Positions 1-12,590 of a stretch of 56,402 nucleotides of DNA are shown here, in pieces. The stretch spans positions 11,363,884-11,420,285 of the forward strand of contig NC_069001.1 of assembly GCF_001194135.2 (NCBI RefSeq). Reading direction: 5' to 3'. Position 1 is the stretch's first letter. The number at the start of each line of letters is the position of its first letter. The DNA comes from Octopus bimaculoides. Its lineage: Eukaryota. The position numbers and the translations under genes are program-made. A model generated the notes under the pieces. It was given only the letters and a program-made list of their open reading frames with translations. It did no database searches and had not been told where the DNA came from.

Positions 1-55
<55 letters not shown>
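1..55. repeat. (AT)n microsatellite
   Basis: Pure AT dinucleotide run at the window start. Confidence 0.97.
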
Positions 56-59
<4 letters not shown>

Positions 60-212
60 CATACATTATATACACACATTATATATAAATATGCATATAA
101 GTATATATATGTATGCATATATATACATATATATACACACACACATGGATATAAATATATATGAAATATATATATATACAAACATACATATATAAAAATA
201 AACATACCTATA

Positions 213-220
<8 letters not shown>

Positions 221-307
<87 letters not shown>

Positions 308-378
308 AAGAAAGAGAGAGAGAGAAAGAGAGAGAGAGAGAAAAAGAGAGAGAGAGAAAGAGAGAGAGAGATAGAGAG
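221..378. repeat. (AG)n microsatellite
   Basis: AG run with AAAG interruptions; explains ORFs 66..401 and 214..423. Confidence 0.95.
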
Positions 379-577
379 ATTGTGTATGATTTAAAGTTCA
401 CCTACATAAACATTTTCTTTTGAAACTTGCGTGTTCAGATCACAGAGATAATTTCTGATTTGATTTAATGAACTTATGCTTCTTGCAAGAATCTTACTTT
501 TTAGTATTGAACTATGAGAGAGGTGGGGCGGATTTTAACGTGTACAAGTGTAACTGTATGGTTGTGTATACATAACA

Positions 578-832
578 GTCATGGTCGAATGGATATGAGT
601 TTTGTTTTGCAATTATAAGGTCGCAGATTCGATCTTATTTCCTTGCATCTCAGGTGTGTTTTACTGCATCAATCAGGGTTTGTGTGCGAAATTATTTAGT
701 CAGAAGCTCTCTGGAAATCCGCCTTGTCATAGACTTTCTCCTGTTGATTCTTGCCGTTAATTAAGTTAAGGGTACACGTATCTGTCGAACACTTATCTCT
801 TCCTAATACGTTGATTCGATAATTAGGGCTTC
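578..832 (+). mobile_element. Old, diverged tRNA-headed SINE related to the tail-X group
   Basis: A-box-like GTCATGGTCGAATGG, B-box-like GATTCGATC, and TTAAGGGTACACGTATCTGT similar to TTAAGGGTACACGTGTCTGT in the younger copies. Confidence 0.45.
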
Positions 833-889
833 GCATTGGTCAAATTCCACAAACATTAATCCTCAAAAACCTGTCCACTTATGTATATT

Positions 890-1120
890 TATGCGCACAC
901 ACACACATATGTCCTACAGACAGACACACAGACACTCACACACAAACGCAGACACTGACACACACAGACACACACTCACATGTACTAACACACATTCACA
1001 GAGACACAGACAAACACACATAAACATAGGCACACAGACACGCACACAAACACACATGCAAGCACACAAGTAGACACAAATACAAACACACACAGGCACA
1101 AAACACACAAACATACATAC
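890..1120. repeat. Degenerate (CA)n-rich low-complexity tract
   Basis: CA/CAGA-rich; produces HT/VC pseudo-ORFs. Confidence 0.9.
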
Positions 1121-1750
1121 AACGGGTTTTTTAAATGATGTAATGGAATTATTCATCAATAAGAAACGCTTCTGCAATAGCTGTAGTGAATCTTTAACCC
1201 TTTTATGGTCTCATCTTATAAATAGTTGCGAGTGTGTCCACCTAGATATTTCTTACCGCAAACCTAATGAAAATCATTGTTACATACATACTAATCATGA
1301 AATGTTTATAATAGTTAATTGTGTAAAGACTATTTCTCATAGAAAAATCGAACTATCTGCTAAAGAGAAAATACTGCAAAATAACTTAAAAATTGAGGAT
1401 AAGATTTAATTATTACATCCCTTGATGTGTACAACTTTAAGCCCTCGCAGAAAATCTCTTCTGGACTTAGGGACCATTACTGATTAAAGCACAAACTTAA
1501 GCCAGTTGACAACTTGAGTTCCATACTAATAAAACTATTTCACTGGTTCAGATAAAAATCATAATCAGAACACTTTATTAGTCTTTGTTTTTACCTTGAT
1601 ACACCTGTACTCTCTTCGCGGCATAATAACATTAAAATATGTGATATTTCTAAATGAATTTTGCCAGGGTAGTCCACAATTCTTTTCGGAATCTATCGGT
1701 TTTTATCTCAGGTCTTTGAGGTTTATCTAACTAGCTATTCTGATGTTATA

Positions 1751-2155
1751 CACTGCTGGACAAAATCTTAAGGCCAGTGAAAGAAAAAAAAACTCGTGAC
1801 GTAGCGTTCCGGACGAGCTCCTGCAAACATTTGTTCGAAAATGCATCAGCGAATGTTTGAAGTTATTCGCTGGCATGGTGGAGCTACTAACTATTGAGCC
1901 CCCTTGTCTACTATTTATTCATTGTCTCCGTTTGTTATCTGACATGGTCTTAAACTTTTGACCAGGCAAAATATTATTCGTTTTCATACGAGGCATACTT
2001 TCTCAATTCAATGTTAAACCTTTCTTTAGGTTTTCGTAAATCCTTTTTCTATTTGCCAATTATGAATCTATAATGAAAAATAGTCAAATATATCGGTCTG
2101 CAAGGAGTTCATTTCAGCAGTGTTTTCACTGGTCTTAAGATTTTGTCCATCAATA
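1751..2155 (+). mobile_element. Tc1-like non-autonomous deletion derivative
   Basis: TA then CACTGCTGGACAAAATCTTAAGGCCAGTGAAA; inverted copy TTTCACTGGTCTTAAGATTTTGTCC at about 2124-2148 (24/25); internal remnant translates MHQRMFEVIRWHGGATNY*, a Tc1 transposase C-terminus. Confidence 0.8.
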
Positions 2156-3167
2156 TATCTTAGGTGAATAATTTCAGCAAGGGTTATATGTTTTGACTAT
2201 GGTATAAGCGGCGTAAGCAGCCACCAACATTTCACTATTTCAACATTTCCTTCAACTCATCAAGGCTTCGTGTTGTTGTTTTTTTATTTTCTGATAACCT
2301 ATAATGAAATTTATTTCATTTAGCAACAGTTCGTTTTGTAGTACGAGTTCTTCTGTCGACTAACATGATTTATTAGCATGTCTTATTGCCATTGACGATC
2401 CGAAGATTAAATTGAAATTTTTGGGTAAAAGTTATTTTTAATTTAATTTATTTCCCTCGTTATTAGTTGTTACTGTTACTGTTTTATTTTCAAAAAAAAT
2501 TCTGAAGTTCTTTAGATTTTGATGTTATTTATATTAATTTTCTTCTTATTCTTCTTATTATTATTATCACTATTATTATTACTATTATTGCACTTTTTAT
2601 AATTATATTTCCTTTTAATTAAAAGTTCACAACGCTTAATGTTATATTTAACCCGTTTTCTCTTAATTCGTTTTCTTTCTGAAATTTTAAAGAAACATTT
2701 TTATTATTTTTTCTATCTTTAATACAGCTTCTTATTTTTCTTTTCACTTATAAACTAATTGAAATTTCAGAAACAGAATGAATGAAAGAAAGAAGAAAAT
2801 TCTAGATTTCCTTTAGTAGTTTCTTTCTATCTTCCACCAACAATTTTTGTTGTCGTTGTTATGACGGGGGTTTAACTCTTTGTATATTAGCTGATAGTAT
2901 TGATGATTAAAAGAACACAGCTTGTTGGTTGAGAGGTTGGTTACATTACTAGATACACAACAAAGAAAAAACGAAAATAAAGTACATTATTACACACATT
3001 TCTGGTATTTAGTACACACAGTTTGAGAGGGTTAAGTTATCGAAAATTAAGCGCAAACAATATACTTATGGAGTATATAACGTGTGATTTCCAAGTTGAA
3101 TAACAGATTACTTTTTTAAATAGAGATAAACAATTTCTGATCTCAACCTTGCTGCTTCGTCTCTCAC

Positions 3168-3422
3168 CTTAACACGGAAGAGAAAGAAATTAATAAATGC
3201 AGGCACCTGTCTAGTCGCTGTAAGTTTGTGCCGGTCACCGTCGAGTCGTCCGGTGTTCTCGGACCTCGTACTAACGATTTCCTCCGCAAAATTGGTATAA
3301 TGGTGCCCTGTCTGAGAAAAGAGGCCCTCAAAGTGTTGTAGTTGCTGCAACGAGTTTCTCTGACCATTCTTCGCAGCAATGCCATTGCGGTCATTGCAGT
3401 AGGACTCGACTGGGTACATCAT
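3168..3422 (-). CDS. Candidate first coding exon of an unidentified gene (weak)
   Basis: Unique island, visibly more GC-rich than its flanks; two open frames (ORFs 3108..3422 and 3164..3394); minus-strand donor AAG|GTGAGA at 3168/3167; protein not recognised. Confidence 0.3.
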
Positions 3423-4689
3423 ATGTTCCCGGGTGTGTGGTCCATCGTCTCTTCCCTTCTATGTTCAGCAGTTTTAGCACCATCCAAATTTTTCTTTTTT
3501 ATCTTCTTTTATTTCTATTTTTCCTATCTTTTTTGTGTATTTAAACGCTAGAATTTAAAATGTAACCACTTGTATAATTGACTGTAGAAATAAACAATTT
3601 ATTTTTTATATTTTTCACCCGTCAAGAACCTAAAATAAAATTCAAATGTTTAAGAGTAGATGTAAAATATTTTATATACGCCTGTCTCAGTCGTCGTTTA
3701 AGACAAAGAATTCTTGCTCAACGATCAACGAATCTTCTTGTTCACTGATTTACAGTGCAGTGACTGAGTATTTCATTGACGTTTGTGCCAGTTACTTAAT
3801 TTCGTAGCAGTATCAGTAATACAATGTAGAATAAGCTGGCACTGAATTTCGCTGATAAGGCTTCGATATACCTGTATGAAGGCATCTGTACGGCGTTGGT
3901 AAGTGAAGAAGGGAAGTACATGTTATCTTACAGGCCCTCCAACATTTCAATGATGGATTTAACATATGACAGCCGACCTATTGATCAGCGTTTATTTCTA
4001 TTTGTCTTCTAAACGAAAGCTGTTCCACAACACCTGGTGAAACAATGGAAGATCGCTACGTGCAAGACTGATACGCAGGAAATAGCAGCGAAATCTCCCT
4101 TCAAATCCTAGCTTTCACGTCATTAACAAATAATAATAATATGTCAGGAAATAAAATGTTTTTGATCATATTCTTACTTAATAAGAGCTAATCTGAAGCT
4201 GCGCAAAGCCAACAGCGACACCTACCTGATCTTATGAATTCAATGGAGTTTATTCGTTTTAATCATTCCGACTTAACTCTTGTTTCCCCTCCTACCAGCC
4301 TTCTCTTCCATATATTCTGGCTGGACATCCTCATTGATTCTATCATGTAACAACGTTCTGCGAAGCTTATGAATATTCTCCGACCGTTTCTGATTAGACT
4401 AATTTCTTCGACATTAATCAGTTATAATCGTTGTTCTTATTTTTGCCATGATTGCTAAATATGATGATCACTGTCATTAATTCTAGTTGTACTGACTGTG
4501 TTTTTAGTCGTTGTCGTCCTCTTCGTCATCACCGTTGTTTGTCGGAACAATTTCGGTGCCATTAATTGTGGATATGTCTATCTGCTGCTTTTTAATGGCC
4601 GTATCGTGCTACTGGCAACTCTCACAAAAGTAGGTGTTGTCATTGATTGTAAAACGCTGTTATTGGTTGTGTTTTGTTGTTGCTATGCA

Positions 4690-5100
4690 TGATGATAATG
4701 GTGATGAAGAGCGTGATGATGATGATGAAGAAGAAGGAGGAGAAGGAGGAGGAGAAGAAGAAGAAAAAGAAGGAGAAGAAGAAGAAAAAGAAGGAGAAGG
4801 AGAAGAAGAAGAAAAAGAAGGAGAAGAAGAAAAAGAAGGGGAAGAAGAAGAAGAAAAAGAAGGAGAAGAAGAAGAAGAAGAAAAAGAAGAAGAAGAAGAA
4901 GAAGAAGAAGAAAAAGAAGGAGAAGAAGAAGAAGAAGAAGAAGAAGAAGAAGAAGAAGAAAAAGAAGCTGCCGACGACGATAATGACGATGACGACGACG
5001 ACGATGATGATGATGATGGTGATGGTGGTATTGCTGCTGCTGATGATGATGATTAGGATGACGACTACAACGATAGTGGTACTGCAGTGGTGGTGGTGGT
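4690..5100. repeat. Compound trinucleotide array (GAT)/(GAA,GGA)/(GAC)/(GAT)/(GGT)
   Basis: Direct inspection; source of the poly-E, poly-K and poly-L ORFs. Confidence 0.95.
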
Positions 5101-6164
5101 GTTACCGTTGCAGATGCCTGTTTCTGATGGTCCTGAGCGTAAAGCGTCGTAATTATTTTATATATCGTTAGTCTGTGGATTAACAGAGGCGACAGCGTCA
5201 AAGATAAACTGCCTTGTAGTATTCGTTGCGTAATGTTGCGTGCGAGATATTTGAACAGGGTTGTCGTGTGTCCATAATTAAAGCATTTTGTTCCTCGGGG
5301 CCTCCTGTAATATACTCCAAATTACTGAGGCATTATAAACAATAGATACTTTGTTTTAACTAATAGGAATACTAATATGACTGAGATATTACTTCATGAA
5401 AAAGACTTCAGTATTCTCAAGATGTAGATTAATCATGTTAAAAAAAGAATGCCCATTGTGTGCTGGGTTTCAGAATATCTCCAATACTATTGAAAACGTG
5501 AATGAATAATCTGTGAAACGATTCTGTATTTTCTTCTCGTCAGCAGTTCTAGTCATGCGAATGTCTCAATTTAATCACTGTTATATAATAATAAATCTTA
5601 CGAATGATAGAAGGGTTGAGAGAGAGAGAGAGAGAGGGGGGGAAATATACTGGGAATATTAATGTGGGGATAAAGAGCTAGAGCTACAGAGCGCCATTAC
5701 AAATCGTTATAATGACCAGTACAAGCGAAAGCTTAACTTGTTGATAGCGGATTATGTAATCTAGTCGTCACCACTACGTGGGGTAGTTGGCATCTAGATG
5801 TGAAATGCTCAAGGGAAGGAAGGGTAGATCATAAGGAGAATGATTTACATCGTAGATCTTAGCAACCAGAGCAGATTTCGGGTAGAACTACAGCAAAACT
5901 CATCAATTTGCCAACAAGGGTAGTTCTGTTTGTTTGCAGGGTGTCTTTGGAATAGACTTATATACCTAAAATTACATTTACTGTCTCATATATGGAAATG
6001 GTGCGTGTGATAATGTTGCGTATCAAACATCTGAGAGGGAAGGGATGATCAGAAATAAAATTCATTTGGTAAGAGATCGATAGAAAGAAGTGGGGACTTA
6101 GATCGAAACAGCAACAACAACATGTGCAGACTGAACAACAATAAAAACAAAAATAAAAGCTGGA

Positions 6165-6265
6165 AATTCATTAACAACAATAGCAACAACAATAACAGCA
6201 AGAAGAAGAAGAAGAAGAAGAAGAAGAAGAACAAGAACAAGAAGAAGAACAAGAAGAACAAGAAG
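6165..6265. repeat. (AAC)/(AAG)n trinucleotide array
   Basis: Direct inspection. Confidence 0.9.
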
Positions 6266-6510
6266 ACTAACACTAGCTTTTTAACCCGAACTGAGTTAAC
6301 ATCGAAACAGGATGCGTCTTCTCAGAAGTAAAATTTTTTGTGGTTGCTAGTTTTAGGAATTTGCAAGTTTTAGCAATTTGCGTTTGTTGTAGCTGGGACA
6401 TCATTCCTAATTACTTAAACGGGCCATAATGATAGTAGTTTGTATTTCACACTGCTATATATTTTATCGATAGCTATTTTTCCAACCGCCATGCAAGGCG
6501 TCACAAAGCG

Positions 6511-6564
<54 letters not shown>

Positions 6565-7499
6565 TACAACTGCATATTCGGGAGTGTAAACAGACTCTCA
6601 CCCTCTCTCTCACGCACACACACATACTCACACGTACGCACAAATGTGTGTCTATCTACTTATCTATATATAAGTTGTTTAAAATAAACAACAAACTGCA
6701 CGTAATGTATATCGTGCCAGAAATTGTTTGCTATAAAATTGCTTTAGGAATACGCAAGCATATACCGACATGAGGCAAGAGTAGCTCATTGACCTGGAGG
6801 TATTAATACCATTAAAATCACTTTAGAAACGATATTATCACCTCTATGTATTAATTACATTAGGTTTCCAGCAATAACTGCGTTTTCTTGCAGAAAGCAC
6901 CAACACTCGCTGATCATCGATTGATTAGAAATACTCGTGCAAAGCATTGAAGCTAACAGATCATTTAAAGCGATATTTTAGTTCAATATTTTCCAATTGG
7001 ATGAAAATTATTTTCGTTGGTTAAAAATAGTCATATGATATCCAAAACTGTTGAATTTGTTGCAGCCGATTCATGCATTCTGGTTTTGATTACAATGAAT
7101 GTCCGTTATAAATGGCTGTCACAATGACGCCCTCTGGCTATAAACGCACCTAACTAATTCCATGATTGCATCCACGAGTCAATTGTTATTATTGAAGTTC
7201 ATGATATCGAATTTATACGTAATTAATAAGAGTAAATTAAGGTATCAATAATGGATTTTTACAACAAAGACTAAAAGCATTAATTTCAAAAGCTACAAAA
7301 ATCGAAGGGAGTTGTCTGGAAAGAAATCACCATTTACCAAACCTTCTACGAACAATTGAACAATTTGATAGAGTAAATTAAGACTTTTAGGTAAAGAAAT
7401 ATTCATGATTACTGAGAATGTGCCTGCTGATATAAACTTAATTCCATTGTTTTCATCTCAGTCGTCCTCTGTGCTGCTTTGTTTCCCAACTATATGCAG

Positions 7500-8760
7500 T
7501 GCATTGTTCGATAGCTATCCTGATTTGTTCTACCGGCTGCACGCTAATATAAGTTGTACGTATGGATCCTGCAGCCTCAACGATACCAGAATGTTACGAC
7601 AAATAGAAGAACGCTAAAACAAATACCAACAAATCTTTATTGAGGCTTTCGTTAACCGTAATCTAAAGCACTATTTAAGAAGTACCAACCTTAACTTCGA
7701 ACTGGCTGCTTTCGTTCAGACGATTGGTGCTAACAAACTTGCTCATTTTCGTTCCTTTTAGATATGTCAGTCAGTATGAAAAACAATTGCCTTCGTGCAA
7801 TAATAATGAGATATTTGACTATCGTGGGGCATTGGGAAAGCATTTGAATCTGTTCCATCGCACAATCTCCTGAATGCTTTTCCTAACTACGAGAAGAGTT
7901 GCCAAATCAGATGCAGCTTCTAAAATATTTCGAGAAACTATCTGCGAAATTAATGACAACGATTACTCAATCGCCTTGAATAAAATCTGTATAATAAAAC
8001 AAAATGTGGAGGCGCAATGGCCCAGTGGTTATGGCAGCGGTCCGGCGGTCGGAGGATCGCGGTTTCGATACCCAGACCGGGTGTTGTGTGTGTTTATTGA
8101 GCGAAAATACCTAAAGCCCCACGAGGTTCCGGCAGGGGGTGGTGGCAACCCCTGTTGTACTCTTTCACTCCAACTTTCTCTCACTCTTTCTTCCTGTTTC
8201 TTGAGTAACGCTGCGATAGACTGGCGTTCCGTCCAGCTGGGGGGAACACATACGCCATAGAAACCGGGGAACCAGGCTCATGAGCCTGGCTAGGCTTTAA
8301 AAAGGGTTCATAAGTAAATAAAAGATGAAACAAAATGCTAAGTGGACACATAAATCCTATTGAATTCTGGTAGTTTCATTCCGTTGTTCAATCGTATCTA
8401 AATGCTTATACCCTGTTGGATGTTATTTATAAAGAACAGTACCTAAGGGAATCGCAGATATCTATTCTACAAAATGATGAATTTGAATGCTATCTGTTAT
8501 GTATCAACGCTACACAGTGGCTGTGTGAGCATCTCATCCTCATCGCCACTGTAATGTCCCAACGCTACTGCTATCTAGCACCTTCGGATGATCTCTACTC
8601 AACCGCTACACAACACTCCTACCACGGCCAGACTACCTCTATTTATATGTCTTGGGAGATACTACTTCTTCGCCTGGGAGCGTCGAGACAACACTATCAA
8701 AATTTAGAACTCGTTATTTGCACACAAAGAATCCGAACAGTTGACTTCAACAATGCAAAT
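7500..8760 (+). mobile_element. Highly decayed non-LTR reverse transcriptase relic (possibly R4-like), split by a SINE
   Basis: Ordered RT-like motifs: DYR+(11 nt)+KAFESVP at about 7817-7858, VPKG at about 8437, YLAPSDDL at about 8572; spacing fits RT domains 3-5 once the SINE at 8007-8327 is removed. Confidence 0.45.
8007..8327 (+). mobile_element. tRNA-derived SINE, head-1/body-A + tail-Y
   Basis: GGAGGCGCAATGGCCCAGTGG head, B-box GGTTTCGATACC, tail GAGTAACGCTGCGATAGACTGGCG...GGCTTTAAAA; TSD AAACAAAATG at 7997-8006 and 8328-8337. Confidence 0.9.
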
Positions 8761-8828
8761 AAAGGCATTTTCTGTGAGTATTAGGATTTTGCACATAAGC
8801 TTGGAAATACATTAATTTACATTATATA

Positions 8829-9043
8829 CGAGGTTGGTGCTGAAATGTTTTTGGCTTTAAGGGTATCACGAAAGGACTAGTTGCAGCACCAACCTTCCGA
8901 GTTCTCTTTTGCGAAGCTTAAAAAAATCTCAAGGACTGCTGCAGTAAGTGTGTGAATCTGAGAGGGGGATATGTGGAATAAAATTATAATTAACTGATTT
9001 TCTTTTCTTTTTCCTAAGGCCAGGAACTTTTCAGCATCCCTTC
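8829..9043 (+). mobile_element. Mariner-type MITE
   Basis: TA-CGAGG..GTGCTGAAATGTTTTTGGCTTT and inverted GCCAGGAACTTTTCAGCATCCC; internal remnant KDCCSKCVNLRGGYVE* matches a mariner C-terminus. Confidence 0.75.
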
Positions 9044-9294
9044 ACAATGTGCCTATAATTACATTTACTTTCTTGTAATGAAAAAAGAGATAACAGGACA
9101 ACAATTTTTAAAATGCTTCATTTAAAATATAATTTATCATTTTAAGCGGACGTTGATTTCATTGATTTTTTTTTTTCATTTCTACAAAGATTTAGTCACT
9201 ATGTTGTGCATTGTATATGCTTCTATCAGGCGTATCTGTGATTAATGTGACGTACACCACTTTTGTATGTATACACGCACTCGGGAATGTATAT

Positions 9295-9400
9295 GTATTT
9301 ATACGTATTTTATATTTTACTTGTTTCAGTCATCTGACTTCGACCGCGCTGGAGCGCAGCCTTCGAGAACTTTTGGTCGGACGAATTAACCCCAGTACGT
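9295..9400 (-). mobile_element. CORE-like SINE 3' tail fragment (diverged)
   Basis: TTTTACTTGTTTCAGTCA...GCTGGAGC matches the tails at 16062 and 28607. Confidence 0.6.
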
Positions 9401-9445
9401 AATTTCTTCTTTTTACGCCTTGTACTTACTCTAACGGTCTATGAT

Positions 9446-9481
<36 letters not shown>

Positions 9482-9484
<3 letters not shown>

Positions 9485-9640
9485 CTCGTCGAAACGCCGG
9501 TGTTAAAACGTGGGTGGCCGATGAAGGAGAATGTTCTCTATGTGGCTCGTGTGTTCTCGTCTACGTTAATTTGCAATGTCCTGTACCCAGATATGCACCT
9601 ATACATACAGGTGGATGTCGGTATGCACATACCTGTACGT
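9482..9640 (+). mobile_element. (TA)n-flanked short interspersed repeat, copy 1
   Basis: Homologous to minus-strand 51119-51257 (TCGAAACG..., CYGATGAA, GTGGCT, GTCCTGTACCC.GATATGCA). Confidence 0.55.
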
Positions 9641-9984
9641 ATATATGCATATACTCATTTACTATTTGTTTATATATATATATATANNNNNNNNNNNNNN
9701 NNNNNNNNNNNNNNNNNNNNNNNNNNNNNNNNNNNNNNNNNNNNNNNNNNNNNNNNNNNNNNNNNNNNNNNNNNNNNNNNNNNNNNNNNNNNNNNNNNNN
9801 NNNNNNNNNNNNNNNNNNNNNNNNNNNNNNNNNNNNNNNNNNNNNNNNNNNNNNNNNNNNNNNNNNNNNNNNNNNNNNNNNNNNNNNNNNNNNNNNNNNN
9901 NNNNNNNNNNNNNNNNNNNNNNNNNNNNNNNNNNNNNNNNNNNNNNNNNNNNNNTATATATATATATATATATATATGATTTTG

Positions 9985-10143
9985 GTGTCTTTTATGTCCC
10001 CGTAACTTAGCGGTTCGGCGAAACAGAACGATAGAATAAGTACTAGGCTAATAAAGAATAGGTCCTGGGGTCGATTTGTTCGACTAAAAGCGGTGCTCCC
10101 GTCTGGCCGCAATCAAATGGCCGACAAAAGTAAAAGAATAAGA
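9985..10143 (+). mobile_element. CORE-like SINE 3' tail
   Basis: GTCCCCGTAACTTAGCGGTTCGGC...GATAGAATAAGTACTAGGCT...AGTAAAAGAATAAGAG, directly after (TA)n. Confidence 0.85.
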
Positions 10144-11134
10144 GACTCTATACACACACATATACATGTATCTGATTTATACATCTATATACGCAGAGTT
10201 TTGTTTTTAATTCTTAAGTCACCTATTTCCTCCCAAACACGTACGTACGTTAAGATATTTGGCTCACAGATTGCAATGACATTGTGTATCTCAAGTGTAA
10301 TTGGTTGTATTAGAAAAATACTCGAAAACCGACGTTGGTAGCAAAACAATAAAATTAAAAATTAATATTGGAATCCAATAAAGTCAGGAATGACATCAAA
10401 TTCTTCGTATCACGACAGGAACTGAGTGATGCTTCGATGATCTAATAATGTTCATTGCAATGTTATAACACACACAAAGATACACATAAATACACACACA
10501 CTCAGATACAGATATAAATATATACATATATATATATGTACATACATATATATACACATATATACACACATATATATATACACACATATATATATNNNNN
10601 NNNNNNNNNNNNNNNNNNNNNNNNNNNNNNNNNNNNNNNNNNNNNNNNNNNNNNNNNNNNNNNNNNNNNNNNNNNNNNNNNNNNNNNNNNNNNNNAAAAT
10701 GGTACCGATGCCCACGAGGTTACATGATGAAAAGACCGGAAGAGTGGGGTGGAAAGCAGACGAGTTCTTATAACACACATGTATACCATGTGACTGGCGG
10801 CTTTTAATTATTTAAAACAAATATAGTGCATTTGTTATATACCCATTTGGAGTTCAATATACGACACAATGCTTTAGAATATCTTCTGAAATGAGTCTTT
10901 GCAACTTTGCAAGAGTTTTAGTGAGATTCAGAAAGATAACCAACCAACAACGTTTATCATATGTCGCCTCATCAGAAGATATGAGAAATAAAGAATTATT
11001 TTTTGTACCCCTAAACCCGTATACAGGCCAAGGAATATGAAAATAAGGGTTATATGGCAGACAAACTGCCCGATACAATAGTAAACCAAAGTCGTGAAGA
11101 AACGAAATCAGTTGACACCATTAGAGAGCGTTTT

Positions 11135-11356
11135 AAGGCAGCATGCTGGCAGAGTCGTTAGCACGCTGGACGAGATGCATAGCGGTATTTCACCCGTCAC
11201 TATGTTTTGAGTTCAAATTCCAACGAGGCCGACTTTGCATTTCGTCCTTTCAGGGTTGACAAATTAAGCACCAGTAAAACACTGGAGTCGGTGCAATGGA
11301 CTAGTACCCCCCGCCCTAAATTTTAGGCATTGTGCCTTTAGTAGAAAGGATTATTA
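11135..11356 (+). mobile_element. Nin/Deu-domain-like tRNA SINE, tail-2
   Basis: A-box GCTGGCAGAGTCGTTAG, B-box GAGTTCAAATTCC, central GACTTTGCATTTCGTCCTTTCAGGGTTGACAAATTAAGCACCAG. Confidence 0.85.
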
Positions 11357-11367
11357 GAAAGGGTGGT

Positions 11368-11620
11368 AAGGCACTGAGCTGGTAGAATCATTAGCTGGTA
11401 GAATCATTAGCTGGTAGAATCATTAGCACACTGAACGAAATGCTTAGCGTTGTCTCGCTCATCGCTATGTTCTGAGTTCAAATTCCGACGAGGTCGACTT
11501 TGCATTTCATCTTTCCGGGGTCGATGAAGTAAGTACCAGCGAAACACTGGGGTTGATGTAACCGTCTAATACCCTTTCCCTAAATTTCTGGCCTTGTGCC
11601 TTCAGTAGAAAGAATTATTA
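11368..11620 (+). mobile_element. Nin/Deu-domain-like SINE, second tandem copy with triplicated A-box
   Basis: AGCTGGTAGAATCATT x3 at 11377-11424, then the same body and tail as 11135-11356. Confidence 0.85.
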
Positions 11621-11777
11621 GAAAGAGTTGTAAATTATGACTATAAACATGATAACTGTAAGAAAATTTATACAAAATATAACAAAAAGTAGAAGACAGC
11701 CTAAAGATATTTATCTATTCGCTTGTATATGCATACGTAAATATATGTAAGTAATGAAATAGTGACCCACGTTCATG

Positions 11778-11809
<32 letters not shown>

Positions 11810-11812
11810 TAA

Positions 11813-12590
11813 TGTTATGTATACCTATAATATAATGGAGGGAGAGAACTTACCCTATATGTTCCGAAGGTGGCGAGATAAACGTCTGTCAACAACCGTT
11901 TGGCAAAAGTGAGATAACGTTGGTATGGATAGCCAGGAAGTTAGCATGGTACGAGACAGGTAACCTTGTTCACTTCTTGTTATCGAGCAAGGCGGGTAAT
12001 CTCGTACTTCCTGTTAAAAAGCAGGAGTGGGGAAGACAGCTAGAGCTTGGCGAGGATAGTACCAAAACGAGAGATGGAGCTGCATACGGGTCGGGCCGTT
12101 CACCACCTACCTTTAAACAATTGAGACTGGACATAAACTCAATTTATGAACATTAATTTCCCTGTGTGAACACTTTGTTGTTGCGATCAGAAGTTTACCC
12201 CTTTTTCTTACATTATGATTTGTCTGATCGTAACAAATTGAGGGCTCGTCCGAGATATGAACTCTCGCACACACATTGTAAAACAACTTTACTATTCACC
12301 TATGAAATGTTCGATTTGAGTTTTAAAATAAAAAAGGCTATATACAAAAAATTCCACTGCTAAAATGCACATATTACCTGCATAATTTTGTATCAACATT
12401 CGAAATTCTTCTTGTGAAACCAGTATTTAATCATGGAATTTAAGGTTGAAGAATTTATTGCATTTCCCAGTGTGGAGCAAATGAGGATTTTTAAAAAATC
12501 AGAATTGTTGTTATTGGACAAGCATTACGATCTGGAGGAGGCTAAGTCTATCATGAAAAAGAAAGCTTTTCAAAGTGGTTGTCTGATCGT

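Noticed and set aside
4634-5201. Long poly-E, poly-K and poly-L ORFs
   Set aside because: Translation of a stop-free trinucleotide array; no splice or domain support
5884-5927. AGAACTAC/GTAGTTCT inverted repeat
   Set aside because: Short stem with a large asymmetric bulge; within chance expectation
10945-10980. Minus-strand CTGATGAG...TAAAC
   Set aside because: G12 missing, and no helix I or II pairing
11860-11894. Hammerhead-like TGTT-CCGAAGG...TAAAC-GTCT-GTC-AACA inside the Gypsy LTR
   Set aside because: A9 and G12 core positions are wrong and there is no helix II
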